Source: Capsulimonadaceae bacterium (GTDB taxonomy: Bacteria; Armatimonadota; Armatimonadia; Armatimonadales; Capsulimonadaceae). Taken from it: DNA of 64,000 nucleotides. The DNA is taken from NCBI GenBank assembly GCA_965215505.1, contig OZ244065.1, positions 2,048,001 through 2,112,000 of the forward strand, in the 5' to 3' direction. The notes beneath the pieces are model-generated. The model searched no databases and was not told where the DNA came from. It was given only the letters and a program-made list of their open reading frames with translations. Within the stretch, counting starts at the first letter, position 1. Each line of letters begins with the position of its first letter. This document shows positions 20,489 through 30,395 of this stretch, in pieces. The position numbers and the translations under genes are program-made.

Positions 20489-21637
20489 ATGAAGCCCGCC
20501 CCTCCGATTGCCGCACTGTCATTCCTGGCCGCCCTCAGCCTCACCGGCTGCCATCCATCCCAGACCCAGATGCTGCCGCTGCCAGGTTTGGCGCGTCCTT
20601 CTTACACCATCATTGACCTCGGCCCCGGAACACCCCAGGACATCAACAACCCAGGGCAGGTCGTCGGCGACTTCCCTGTGGGCGTTCTCCCAAAGGTTCA
20701 GGGCTCCCCCTACTTCCACGGCTGCCTCTGGGACAAAGGCAAGCGGATCGAGATGCCCACGCTCGGCGGCTGGTACAGCAGTGCCATCAGAGTTAGCGAC
20801 CACGGCCTGATTCTGGGCACGGCGGCGGTCGCCGGCCAGGGGATTCCAGCCAACTCACTGACCCGCTCCTGCCTTTGGGATGGCGTAAAACTGACCGACC
20901 TGGACGCCGATCCCCGTTTCCATGGGACCAGTGCGATCCATATCACGAAGTCAGGTGCGGTCTATGCCGCCTCTCCGCCGCAGGGACCACAAAGGCAGTT
21001 CCACCTCTGGCTTTACCCGGCAGGATTCGGCCCCGGCGTCCGGCGCGACCTCGGCGTCATTGGCGGTCCCAAGATAAAGCCACTGTTTATCAATGACAGC
21101 GGCATGGTCGCCGGCACCTGGAATACGGGATATGTGCGTAACCAGAGGTCCTTCCATCACGCCTTTGTGTGGCACCAGGGGGATAAGAAGTGGCAGGACC
21201 TCGGGACATTCGGGGGTGTTGAGAGCGAACCGACCGGCCTCAACGACGCCGATCAAGTCATCGGCGAAGCGTGGCTGCCGGAAGTCCCCGACCTGCGCGT
21301 CCATGCGTTCCTCTGGGACAAAGGCTCCATGCGGGACCTCGGAACACTGCCGGGTGGAAACTATAGCTGCCCCTATGCCCTCAATAACAAAGGGCAGGTC
21401 GTGGGCGTCTCGAACTTCAACGGCGGGAACGTGGACAACCGGCCCGTCCTATGGGAACACGGGCAGATCAAAGATCTGACCCAGTTCATCCCGAGCGGAA
21501 CCCGTTGGTGTAACATGAGCGGTGCGACGGGCATCAACGACAGAGGCCAGATCGTGGGCGGTGGTGCGGTAACAGACGACCAGCCGAAGAAGGGCACTTA
21601 TGAGGGCCATGCCTACCTGCTGACACCACGGCCTTAG
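20489..21637 (+). CDS. HAF-repeat extracellular lipoprotein
   Basis: Lipobox LTGC; repeated HAF(L/V)W...DLGT...INDxGQVVG units; AGGAG RBS. Confidence 0.85.
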   Translation: MKPAPPIAALSFLAALSLTGCHPSQTQMLPLPGLARPSYTIIDLGPGTPQDINNPGQVVGDFPVGVLPKVQGSPYFHGCLWDKGKRIEMPTLGGWYSSAIRVSDHGLILGTAAVAGQGIPANSLTRSCLWDGVKLTDLDADPRFHGTSAIHITKSGAVYAASPPQGPQRQFHLWLYPAGFGPGVRRDLGVIGGPKIKPLFINDSGMVAGTWNTGYVRNQRSFHHAFVWHQGDKKWQDLGTFGGVESEPTGLNDADQVIGEAWLPEVPDLRVHAFLWDKGSMRDLGTLPGGNYSCPYALNNKGQVVGVSNFNGGNVDNRPVLWEHGQIKDLTQFIPSGTRWCNMSGATGINDRGQIVGGGAVTDDQPKKGTYEGHAYLLTPRP

Positions 21638-21712
21638 CCCATCGGGTGCCAGGAACCTCCATCCCACACCGGGCATTACTGAGACATCAACCGTCAGGAA
21701 AGGACCACACAC

Positions 21713-22645
21713 ATGGCGACGATGAAAGCCGTCCGGCTGCACGAGTTCGGCGGGCCCGATGTTCTGAGGTATGAGGACGCGCCGCGCCCTGAAATCGGGC
21801 CGGGGGATGTCCTCATCCGGGTGCGGGCGTCGAGCGTCAACCCGCTCGACTGGAAAATCCGCGAGGGCCGGATGGAGGCGATGATGCCGCACACGCTGCC
21901 GCTGATCCTGGGCCTGAACGCTGGGGGCATCGTCGAAGCCGTCGGCAGCGGCGTCACCGGGTTCAAGCCGGGCGATGAAGTCTTCGCCGGCACGGGGATG
22001 ACGCGAGACGGCTCTTACGCCGAGTTCGTGGCGGCCGACGCCGGGGCGGTGGCCCGTAAGCCGTCGGCGGTTGACTTCGGAACGATAGTCTCGGCCCAAA
22101 CGGCGCTCACGGCTTTGCAGGCGCTCTTCGATGTCTCGCACCTGTCGGCGGGCCAGACGGTGCTGGTCCACGGCGCGGGCGGGGCGGTCGGAGCGGCCGG
22201 CGTGCAGTTCGCCCATAACATCGGGGCGACCGTCGTGGCGACGGCTTCCGGCGAAGACCGCGACTATGTCCGGGGCCTGGGGGCGGACGTCGTGGTGGAT
22301 TACAGAACTGAGCGGTTCGAGGACGCCGCGCACGACGTAGACGTCGTGTTGGACACGGTCGGCGGCGAGACACAGGCGCGGTCGTTCACGACGATGAAGC
22401 CGGGCGGCATCCTGGTCACGACGACGGCCCCGCCCGACATGGACGCGGCCGGAAAGGCAGGGGTCACGGCCAAGATGATCCAGGTCAGCCCGAACACCGC
22501 CCAACTCAGCGAGATCGCGGAGATGATCGCCGCCGGCAAGTTCAAGGTCCGCATCGGGCTTGTCCTGCCGCTGTCGGAGGCACAGCAGGCACATGAGAAG
22601 GCGCAGGCCGGGCAGGTGCGCGGCAAGATCGTCCTGCAAGTGTAG
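21713..22645 (+). CDS. NADP-dependent oxidoreductase (MDR/quinone reductase family)
   Basis: MKAVRLHEFGGPDVL, SVNPLDWK, VLVHGAGGAVG, GKIVL. Confidence 0.92.
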   Translation: MATMKAVRLHEFGGPDVLRYEDAPRPEIGPGDVLIRVRASSVNPLDWKIREGRMEAMMPHTLPLILGLNAGGIVEAVGSGVTGFKPGDEVFAGTGMTRDGSYAEFVAADAGAVARKPSAVDFGTIVSAQTALTALQALFDVSHLSAGQTVLVHGAGGAVGAAGVQFAHNIGATVVATASGEDRDYVRGLGADVVVDYRTERFEDAAHDVDVVLDTVGGETQARSFTTMKPGGILVTTTAPPDMDAAGKAGVTAKMIQVSPNTAQLSEIAEMIAAGKFKVRIGLVLPLSEAQQAHEKAQAGQVRGKIVLQV

Positions 22646-22661
22646 GCCGACTGATTGCTCT

Positions 22662-23210
22662 CTACCGGGCGGGTGCAGGCTGGGCGGGTATCCCAGCCTT
22701 CGCCCGCACCCGGACGGCCTCGCGCAGACGGCCCCAGCGCGGGTCGAAGCCGTCCTGACGCATCTCGGCGTAGGCGCGCGGGAAGGGCCAGCCCTGCCGC
22801 GTCACGCGGTAGATGCCCAGCATGCAGCCGGTCCGGTCCGCCCCGTGCTGGCAATGCACGAAAACCGGCTCATTCGGCGCGCGGTTCAAAGTCGCCAGCA
22901 GAGTGGAAACCTGCTTGGGCGTCGGTGGGTCAGAACCCATCGGCAGGTTGATCCAATTAAAGCCCAGCGACCGGGCGTAGATGCCCTCCTTGCGGACGGT
23001 CTTGGGCGCGATCCGCAGATCAATGACGGTCTTCACCCCCATGGCTTTCAAGTGCCGCAGGCCCGCCTCGCTCGGCGCGGCCCCGCGCCAGATGCCCGGT
23101 GCGACCGCGTGGAAGTTCGGCAGGTCCTCCGCCGCCGCCGGGAGGGCGCACAGGGCGAAAAGGCCCAGCAGGCCGAAGGCGAGCGGGCTAAAGATACGGG
23201 TTGGCTTCAT
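22662..23210 (-). CDS. Secreted protein-tyrosine/dual-specificity phosphatase family protein
   Basis: CX5R motif HCQHGADRTG; signal peptide; NFHAV...VIDLR. Confidence 0.88.
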   Translation of the reverse strand: MKPTRIFSPLAFGLLGLFALCALPAAAEDLPNFHAVAPGIWRGAAPSEAGLRHLKAMGVKTVIDLRIAPKTVRKEGIYARSLGFNWINLPMGSDPPTPKQVSTLLATLNRAPNEPVFVHCQHGADRTGCMLGIYRVTRQGWPFPRAYAEMRQDGFDPRWGRLREAVRVRAKAGIPAQPAPAR

Positions 23211-24162
23211 TCTGCAAGTAGTTCCCCACATAGTCGCTGATCGCCTCCTCCAAGGGTGTGAACGGGACGTCGCAGCCTGCCGCGCGCAGCCGGGTCAGGT
23301 CCGCCTCCGTGTGGTACTGGTAGGACGCCCGGATCTTCTCGGGCGTCGGGATGTAGGTGACGTTCGGCGTCTTGTCCAGGGCGCGGAAGATGGCGGCGGC
23401 CAGGTCGTTGAAGGTCCGCGCCTTCCCCGTGCCGACGTTGTAGATGCCGCTGACTTCGGGGTGGTCCAGGAACCACAGGACGACCGCGCAGACGTCCTTG
23501 ACGTACACGAAGTCGCGCTCCTGCTCGCCGTCCGCGTAGCCCTCTTTGTGCGACTGGAACAGGTTGATCTGCCCCGTCTCGCGGATCTGGTTGGTGGAAT
23601 GGAAGGGGACGGAGGCCCCGAAGCCCTTGTGGTACTCGTTCGGTCCGAACACGTTGAAGAAGCGCAGGCCGGCGACTTTGTCGGTCCAGCCCTCGCGGAT
23701 GGCCTCCATGTCGCAGAGCCACTTGGAGAACGCATAGGCGTTCATGGGCAGGAAATCCGGCGTCAGGGCGTCGTCGTCGGAGAAGCCCGAGGACCCGTCG
23801 CCGTAGACGCTGGCGCTGGAGGCGTACACCAGGCGGGCGTCATTGGCGAGCGCCCATTGGGCCAGCATCCGCGTGTAGCGGACGTTGCGGGCGTACAGCT
23901 CGTCCACGTCCCGGAACGAGGTGTCCGAGATCGCCCCCATGTGCAGGATGCCCTCGATCCTGCCCGTGTAGGCCCCCGCCGCCAGGTCACGCGCAAACGC
24001 CTCAGGTGCGACGGCATCCAGGAACCGCCGGCCGCGCAGGTTCTTCCACTTCGGGCCGTCCCCGAAATCGTCCACCACGAGGATGTCGCCGCGCCCCCGC
24101 GCATTCAGAGCCGCCACGAGCGCGCTGCCGATGAAGCCCGTCCCGCCTGTCACTACCAGCAT
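23188..24162 (-). CDS. hldD: ADP-L-glycero-D-manno-heptose 6-epimerase
   Basis: VTGGTGFIGS, HMGAISDT, YASSASVYG, YAFSK, FNVFGPNEYHKG, YQYHTEAD; GGAGG RBS and TATAAT upstream of 24162. Confidence 0.93.
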   Translation of the reverse strand: MLVVTGGTGFIGSALVAALNARGRGDILVVDDFGDGPKWKNLRGRRFLDAVAPEAFARDLAAGAYTGRIEGILHMGAISDTSFRDVDELYARNVRYTRMLAQWALANDARLVYASSASVYGDGSSGFSDDDALTPDFLPMNAYAFSKWLCDMEAIREGWTDKVAGLRFFNVFGPNEYHKGFGASVPFHSTNQIRETGQINLFQSHKEGYADGEQERDFVYVKDVCAVVLWFLDHPEVSGIYNVGTGKARTFNDLAAAIFRALDKTPNVTYIPTPEKIRASYQYHTEADLTRLRAAGCDVPFTPLEEAISDYVGNYLQNEANPYL

Positions 24163-24444
24163 TCTTGAAGTCCTCCGAGCGTCATTATACCTGCCCGCCG
24201 CCTGATTCTTCCGCCGCATCACTTCCAGAGCCAGCGACCCGAAGCGCGGGACCAGCCGCCGGGGCGGCCTCCGCCGCCGGTGCAGCGCACGGCGTGCCCA
24301 CAGCCAGGCGACGATGCCGCCGCCGATCAGCCCCGCCTGCCAGCCGTTCATGCCGCTCTGCCTCCCCCGCGACAAAAAGCGTGTCAGTTTCCGCCCGCGC
24401 GGGTATCTCTCCCTGACACACTCGCGACAAAGGAGAACTTTTCT

Positions 24445-24693
24445 ATGGCACTCGGTTTCCTGCTAGATCAGGTGAAAAACGCCGTCTCGAATCACGGGGA
24501 CCAGCCCGGCAACAACTTCGACACGGGCGGCCTGATGAACACCATCGAAGGTCTGTTCGGCCAGCATGCCCAGAACACCGGCCAGCCCCTCTCGTCATCC
24601 CAGGACCCTTACGGCGACCCCGCCGACCAGCAGGGCGGGCAGGTGTTGTCTTCCTCCCAAGACCCCTACGGCGACCCTGCCGACCAGCGTTAG
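24445..24693 (+). CDS. Small acidic protein with a duplicated SSSQDPYGDPADQ motif
   Basis: AGGAG RBS, 82 aa, followed by a terminator. Confidence 0.8.
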   Translation: MALGFLLDQVKNAVSNHGDQPGNNFDTGGLMNTIEGLFGQHAQNTGQPLSSSQDPYGDPADQQGGQVLSSSQDPYGDPADQR

Positions 24694-24704
24694 CGCGAAC
24701 CACT

Positions 24705-24734
24705 GCCCGGCCTGCGGTCAGGCCGGGCGTTTTC
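24705..24734 (+). terminator. Intrinsic terminator
   Basis: GCCCGGCCTG-cggt-CAGGCCGGGC perfect stem followed by gtttt. Confidence 0.8.
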
Positions 24735-24750
24735 TTGTCCCCTCTGGACC

Positions 24751-26295
24751 TCAAAGCGCCCCCGCCTCCACCCGATCTTTCTGCCCGTCCGGCACGTCAC
24801 CGGTCTGACGGACGCGCAGGTCAGTGACGTTTGCAAGCGCGAGCGTCGGCGCACCGGGCGCATGCACCGCCTTCACCCGGTCCAGATCGGCACCCGCGAC
24901 GTCATCCAGGACGAAGGCGGGCCGCTGGTCCTCGGTCAGCGTGTGCAGGCTGATGTTTTCCAGAGTGATCCCCTTGACGTGCCGCAGGAAGAAGCCGTAA
25001 GCGGGTGTCGCCCCAAACATGGACGGCTCAGGGTAAGAAGCCTCCTGTTCCGGCGGCTTGATGGCCGCCTGTGCCTTCGTGCCGCCGCCCCGGACCCAGA
25101 TCTGGATGTTGCTCAGTGTGACGTCTTCAATCGGGTGGCCGGGGATGCCGCTGAGAGTCGCGGCATCGCGCGCGTCGGCGTTGTAGACGATCACGTCGCT
25201 GATGTTCACGCGCCGCAGCGCGCCGACGACCGTGCCGGCCGGGCCGCGCAGGCGGCTCCCGAGCCGCAGGAAGATGGGGGCGGTGACGATGTCGCGCATG
25301 GTGATGTTCGAGATCGAGACGTCTTCCAGCAGCCCGCCGTCCACGGTTTCAAGCGCCAGCCCGTTGCAGAAGTTGAAAGTGCAGTTGGAAACCGTGACGT
25401 TCTTGAAGCCGCCGTTGGACTCGGTCCCGAACTTGATCCGCCCCGTCCCGCCGCCGTTTCTGCGCCCCAACGTGCCGTCCAGCAGTGTCCCCTCTTCGAA
25501 GCCGCTCACGCCGCAGTTCGTGATCGTGACGTTCTCCGTCGCCCGCGCGAATCCCAGTCCGAACGAGCTTTTCAGGCAGATGCCATCGTCCTGGGGGGAG
25601 TTGACGCTGCAATTCGAGACGTGGACGTTCCGGCAGCAGTCAATGTCCATGCCGTCCCGGTTGGTGTCGATCTTCAGGTTGTCGATTGTCAGGTTGTCCA
25701 CGCCGGTCGCCAGGATGCCGAACCACCCGCCGTGCTGGATGGTCACGTCGCGGATCGTGACGTTGCGGCAGAGCTTCAGGCTGATCGTCTTGTTGCCGCG
25801 CCCGTCCGGCCCGCCGTCGTTCCGCACCAGGCCCCGGCCCCACAGGCGACCCGGCCCGAGGATAGAGACGTTTTCTAAGCCCTCCCCCCAGATCAGGCTG
25901 TTGTGCCAGTGGGTGTGCCCGAAGTCTTGATATTTGCCTGCGGCGGGGTTCTCCTCCGGCGGGTCGTATTGCCCATCCTGCCCCGGCGCAGCGGCGACCA
26001 GCGTTGCCCCTGCATCGAGATACAGCGTGATGTTGCTCCGCAAGTGGACCGAGCCAGACAGGTACGTCCCCGCCCCAAACCGCACTGTGCCGCCCCCGGC
26101 GGCGGATGCCGCGCCGATGGCCTTCTCGATGGCCGCCCCGTCCCCCGTGATCCCGTCACCCTTCGCGCCATAGGCGCGGACATCGTAGCTTCCGGCGGCG
26201 GGCGTGGGGTCCGCCGCAGCCATGCGGCAGAGGCCGGCCAGCAGGAAGGCCGCCAGAAGGAGTGGACGGCGCGTTGAAGCGGCAATGGATTTCAT
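24751..26295 (-). CDS. Secreted glycoside hydrolase family 28 (polygalacturonase-like)
   Basis: Signal peptide, YDVRAYGAKGDG, NRDGMD, DDGICLKS, RIKFGTES; beta-helix repeats. Confidence 0.9.
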   Translation of the reverse strand: MKSIAASTRRPLLLAAFLLAGLCRMAAADPTPAAGSYDVRAYGAKGDGITGDGAAIEKAIGAASAAGGGTVRFGAGTYLSGSVHLRSNITLYLDAGATLVAAAPGQDGQYDPPEENPAAGKYQDFGHTHWHNSLIWGEGLENVSILGPGRLWGRGLVRNDGGPDGRGNKTISLKLCRNVTIRDVTIQHGGWFGILATGVDNLTIDNLKIDTNRDGMDIDCCRNVHVSNCSVNSPQDDGICLKSSFGLGFARATENVTITNCGVSGFEEGTLLDGTLGRRNGGGTGRIKFGTESNGGFKNVTVSNCTFNFCNGLALETVDGGLLEDVSISNITMRDIVTAPIFLRLGSRLRGPAGTVVGALRRVNISDVIVYNADARDAATLSGIPGHPIEDVTLSNIQIWVRGGGTKAQAAIKPPEQEASYPEPSMFGATPAYGFFLRHVKGITLENISLHTLTEDQRPAFVLDDVAGADLDRVKAVHAPGAPTLALANVTDLRVRQTGDVPDGQKDRVEAGAL

Positions 26296-26340
26296 GGTCT
26301 GGGAACCCTTTCGTGACCTGTACACAGGTACAATCACCGT

Positions 26341-27858
26341 ATGGACGTCATCATCATCGGCGCGGGCGTCGGCGGTCTGGCCGCCGCCATCGGGCTGGCC
26401 GCACGCGGGGCGCGCGTCACACTGCTGGAACAAAACGGAAGCGTCGGCGGCAAGCTGAACATTTGGGAGCGGGACGGGTTCACCTTCGACACCGGCCCGC
26501 ACGTCCTGACGATGCTCTGGGCACTGGAAGAGGTCTTCGCGTCGGCGGGCCGGCGGCTGGAAGACGTTCTGGACCTCGTTCGTTTGGACACCGTCTGCCG
26601 CTACCACTTTGAGGGCGGCGACACGCTGGACGCCCCCGGCGATCCCGGCGAGGCCGCCCGCGCCATCGCGGACTTCGCGCCCGGCGAGGAGGCCGGCTTC
26701 TGCCGCTTCCTCGCCTACGCCCGGCAGGTGTCGGAGGCCACCACGGACCCGTTTCTGCGCCAGGACTTCGGGGCACAGGTGCGCGGCATCCCGACGCCCG
26801 CCCAGTGGAGCCAGCTCGGCGACTTCCTCGCCCTGAAGCCGTGGCGGACCCTGCGCGACGTCGTCCGCGCCCACTTCAATGACCCGCGCCTGCGCCAAGT
26901 CTTCGAGCTGTATGCGCTCTATAGCGGCTCTCACCCCGCACGCGCGTCGGGCATCTTCGCGACAGTCGCCGACGTGCAGTGGCGGCAGGGGACATTCTAT
27001 GTGCGCGGCGGACTGTACCAATTAGCCGAGGCACTGCGCGCGGCGGCGGAGCGCCTGGGCGTCGTCATCCGGACGGACACGGCCGCCGGGGAGATCATCG
27101 TCAGGAACCAAAGGGCGCGCGGCGTCGCCACCAGACAAGGCGAGCGCCTGTTTGCCGACGCCGTGGTCTGCAACGCCGACTGCCTGAGCGCCCTGACGTC
27201 GCTCGTCCCCGCTGAGGCCCGGCGCGCGTGGACCCGGCAGCGCGTCGAGAAGATCGAGCCGAGTACGTCCGCCTTTCTGCTCCTGCTGGGCGTCCGGGGG
27301 ACCTATCCGCAGCTCGCGCACCACAACTCGTTTCTCGCCCAGGACGGTGAAGCCGAATTCGCGGACATCTTTGACCACGCCCGGCCCGCCGAGGACCCGA
27401 CCGTCGGCGTCGCCTGTCAGTCCGTTTCCGACCCGACGAAAGCGCCGCCCGGCTGCACCAACCTCTTCGTGATGACCAACCCGCCCTCCCTCGGGGACTC
27501 GTTCGACTGGCATTCCGAAGCGCCGCGCTACCGTGACCTCGTCCTCGCCAAGCTGGAACGCATGGGGCTGGCCGACCTGCGTGACCGCATTCTCGTGGAA
27601 CAGATGTGGACGCCGCTCGGCCTTCAGCAACGCTACGCCGCCCACCGGGGCGCGATCTACGGGTTAAGCTCCAACGGCTGGCGGCAGGGCTTCCTACGCC
27701 CGCCCCAGGTTTCGCCCGACGTGCGCGGCCTGTACTTCGTCGGCGGCAGCACCCACCCCGGCGGGGGCGTCCCGCTGTGCGCTCTTTCTGGGACCAACGT
27801 CGCCCGGCGAATCGCGGGAGAGGCAGTCAATGAATGTTCGGGCGGGCCAGAGTGCTGA
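26341..27858 (+). CDS. crtI: Phytoene desaturase (CrtI) family FAD oxidoreductase
   Basis: IIGAGVGGL, GFTFDTGP, GLYFVGGSTHPGGGVP. The exact subfamily (CrtI/CrtN/CrtP) cannot be resolved by eye. Confidence 0.8.
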   Translation: MDVIIIGAGVGGLAAAIGLAARGARVTLLEQNGSVGGKLNIWERDGFTFDTGPHVLTMLWALEEVFASAGRRLEDVLDLVRLDTVCRYHFEGGDTLDAPGDPGEAARAIADFAPGEEAGFCRFLAYARQVSEATTDPFLRQDFGAQVRGIPTPAQWSQLGDFLALKPWRTLRDVVRAHFNDPRLRQVFELYALYSGSHPARASGIFATVADVQWRQGTFYVRGGLYQLAEALRAAAERLGVVIRTDTAAGEIIVRNQRARGVATRQGERLFADAVVCNADCLSALTSLVPAEARRAWTRQRVEKIEPSTSAFLLLLGVRGTYPQLAHHNSFLAQDGEAEFADIFDHARPAEDPTVGVACQSVSDPTKAPPGCTNLFVMTNPPSLGDSFDWHSEAPRYRDLVLAKLERMGLADLRDRILVEQMWTPLGLQQRYAAHRGAIYGLSSNGWRQGFLRPPQVSPDVRGLYFVGGSTHPGGGVPLCALSGTNVARRIAGEAVNECSGGPEC

Positions 27859-28285
27859 CCACAACGAAGATCAAACTGATGATGTTGAGCAGCACGAACA
27901 GCCCGCCGGCGATAATGCCCACCAGGGCGTGTGTCCGGCCGCGCACTTCGGGCTGCTCTTTCACCAGACGCAGCCCTTTCATGCCCAGCACCACGGCGGC
28001 GACGCCCATCGGGATCGCCAGGCATGGGATGATCGAGAAGATGCCGAGATAATACGCCGTCAGGGCGGAGGGGTTCTTGTCGGGGATCATCCCGCCGAAC
28101 CCGCCGATGGTCGCCTGCGGCGCGTAAGCCTGCGGCGGCACATAGCCGCCCGGCGGCGGGGGCCAGGATGCCACGAGGCTCTGCCCGCAGCGCGCGCACT
28201 GCATCAGGCCGCCCTGGTTCGGCGCTCCGCAGCGCGGACACGTTGGGGCAACGGGCGGCGGGTTGTTCGGCGGGGGGACGCTCAT
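27827..28285 (-). CDS. Zinc-ribbon plus DUF4190-like membrane protein
   Basis: CPRCG...CARCG, Pro-rich linker, two TM helices with a GRTHALVGII motif. Confidence 0.8.
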   Translation of the reverse strand: MSVPPPNNPPPVAPTCPRCGAPNQGGLMQCARCGQSLVASWPPPPGGYVPPQAYAPQATIGGFGGMIPDKNPSALTAYYLGIFSIIPCLAIPMGVAAVVLGMKGLRLVKEQPEVRGRTHALVGIIAGGLFVLLNIISLIFVVVSTLARPNIH

Positions 28286-28965
28286 GCGGTCTCCTTTCGC
28301 GAGATGAGAACGATCTGCCGCAATGTCGGCTCCTCGGCCCCCGGCAAGGCGAAGGCGGCGGGCAGGGCCAGGGTCAGACCCAGCCGCTTGGCGACGGGCC
28401 GGGCCGCCGCCACCTCCTCCGGCACTCCCGCTCCCTTGAATGCGGCGGCTACCCCTCGAGGCGCGAGGAACGGGGCCAGCCACGGCAGCAGGCGCGCAAG
28501 CGGCGCGACCGCGCGGGCCGTCACCAGATCAAACCGGCCCGTCAAGTCATTCTGCCGCGCCGCCTCTTCCGCCCGCGCGTGGAGCGTCTCGACGCCCGCC
28601 AGGCCTAGGTCGTCGGCCACGGCCCGGCAGAATTGCAGCTTTTTCGCCGTGCCGTCCATCAGGGTCAGGTGCAGGTCAGGCCGCGCGATCTTCAGCGCAA
28701 GGCCGGGCAGGCCCGCGCCCGTCCCGACGTCCAGCGCCCGCGCACCGGGCAGCGGCGTCAGCACCGTCAGCAGGGCCAGCGAGTCCAGGAAATGCTTCAC
28801 GGCGACATCGCGCGGCGACGTCAGCCGGGTCAGATTCATCCGCGTCGCGTTCCACTCGGTCAGCAGGTCCGCGTAGCGCGCGAACTGTGCAAGCTGATCC
28901 TCCGACAGACCCAGCCCCCATTCGCCCGCCCCGCGCCGCATGATCTCCGTCAGCGATTCTTCCAC
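28282..28965 (-). CDS. rsmG: 16S rRNA (guanine(527)-N7)-methyltransferase
   Basis: NLT, HFLDSL, DVGTGAGLPG, RAEE, ARAVA. Confidence 0.95.
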   Translation of the reverse strand: MEESLTEIMRRGAGEWGLGLSEDQLAQFARYADLLTEWNATRMNLTRLTSPRDVAVKHFLDSLALLTVLTPLPGARALDVGTGAGLPGLALKIARPDLHLTLMDGTAKKLQFCRAVADDLGLAGVETLHARAEEAARQNDLTGRFDLVTARAVAPLARLLPWLAPFLAPRGVAAAFKGAGVPEEVAAARPVAKRLGLTLALPAAFALPGAEEPTLRQIVLISRKETA

Positions 28966-29127
28966 GGTAGCTTAGTTGGCCGTCGCCGGCCCGGTTTCCT
29001 GCGCGCCTTCGCCCGCGACCGGGACGGAACTTTCGCGCGCTCTCGGCGGTTGAACAGCCCAACAGCCGGGTAAACACGCCTCACCAGCCGGGCAGCACGG
29101 GCTGGATTAGAAATCCGAGGACCTTTC

Positions 29128-30390
29128 ATGCCGATCTCCCCGTCGCTGCTCGACCGATACCAGGCCGTCCGCGCCTTCAGCGAAAAGATCTGCGAGCCTC
29201 TTGTTCCCGAGGACTACGTCGTCCAGTCCATGCCCGACGTCAGCCCGGCCAAGTGGCACCTCGCCCATACGAGTTGGTTCTTTGAAACATTCCTGCTCAA
29301 GCCGCACCTCTTAGGTTACAAATCCATCCACCCACAGTACGATTTCCTGTTTAACTCCTACTACAATGCCATCGGCGAGCGACACTGCCGCGTCAGTCGC
29401 GGCCTCTTGTCCCGGCCCACCGTGGACGAAACCTACGCCTACCGCGCCTATGTGGACGCGCACATGGCCTGGCTGCTGACCGAGGCGGACGGGGAGAAAG
29501 TGGCGATTTTGGAGCCGCTGCTGACACTGGGCCTGCATCACGAGCAACAGCACCAGGAGCTGATGGTGACGGACATCAAGAACGTCTTCTTTGAGAACCC
29601 GCTCTGCCCCGTCTACCGCCCGCGCCGTGACGCACCACCGGCGGCAGTTCCGGCTTTGGAGTGGATCGGGTTCGAAGAGGGGGTACGGGAGATTGGCTGG
29701 GACGGGACTGGCTTCGCGTTCGACAATGAGGGACCGCGCCACAAGGAGTATGTCCCAGGCTTCGCCCTCGGCTCACGACTGGTCACAAACGGCGAGTATC
29801 AGGAGTTCATGGAGGACGGCGGGTATGCCAAGCCTGAGTTCTGGCTGTCGGAGGGATGGGGGGTGGTTCAGAAGCAGGGGTGGTCCGCCCCGCTCTGCTG
29901 GTGGAATAAGAACGGCGAGTGGAAAGAGTTCACGCTGGCCGGCATGGGGGCGCTGAACCTGGACGCGCCAGTCTGCCACGTCTCGCTGTTTGAGGCGGAC
30001 GCTTACGCCCGCTGGGCCGGTGCCCGGCTGGCGACTGAGGCCGAGTGGGAGGTCGCGTCGGAAACCGCCCCTCTCTGCGGCAACTTCGCCGAGGGTGGCC
30101 GCTTCCACCCCGCCCCGCTCGGCCCCGCCGATGCGGAGCCGGGAAGACTGCACCAGATGTTCGGCGATGTCTGGGAGTGGACCCGCAGCCAGTACACCCC
30201 CTACCCCGGCTACGCGCCCGCGCCGGGCGCTTTGGGCGAGTACAACGGCAAGTTCATGTGCAACCAGTTCGTCCTGCGCGGCGGCTCCTGCGCCACGTCC
30301 CATCCGCACATGCGCCCCACTTACCGCAACTTCTTCCCGCCGGATGCCCGCTGGCAGTTCACCGGCATTCGGCTAGCAAAGGACCTGTAA
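29128..30390 (+). CDS. egtB: Ergothioneine biosynthesis sulfoxide synthase
   Basis: QSMPDVSPAKWHLAHT, FNSYY, HHEQQHQE iron motif, FGE-sulfatase domain, GEYNGKFM. Confidence 0.95.
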   Translation: MPISPSLLDRYQAVRAFSEKICEPLVPEDYVVQSMPDVSPAKWHLAHTSWFFETFLLKPHLLGYKSIHPQYDFLFNSYYNAIGERHCRVSRGLLSRPTVDETYAYRAYVDAHMAWLLTEADGEKVAILEPLLTLGLHHEQQHQELMVTDIKNVFFENPLCPVYRPRRDAPPAAVPALEWIGFEEGVREIGWDGTGFAFDNEGPRHKEYVPGFALGSRLVTNGEYQEFMEDGGYAKPEFWLSEGWGVVQKQGWSAPLCWWNKNGEWKEFTLAGMGALNLDAPVCHVSLFEADAYARWAGARLATEAEWEVASETAPLCGNFAEGGRFHPAPLGPADAEPGRLHQMFGDVWEWTRSQYTPYPGYAPAPGALGEYNGKFMCNQFVLRGGSCATSHPHMRPTYRNFFPPDARWQFTGIRLAKDL

Positions 30391-30395
30391 GACCC

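Noticed and set aside
24163-24375. In-frame TM-like N-terminal extension of hldD
   Set aside because: A TATAAT box and a GGAGG RBS directly precede ATG 24162, so the extension is probably not translated.
26296-27021. N-terminal extension of the 756-aa GH28 ORF
   Set aside because: It is antisense to crtI; the real signal peptide starts at 26295.
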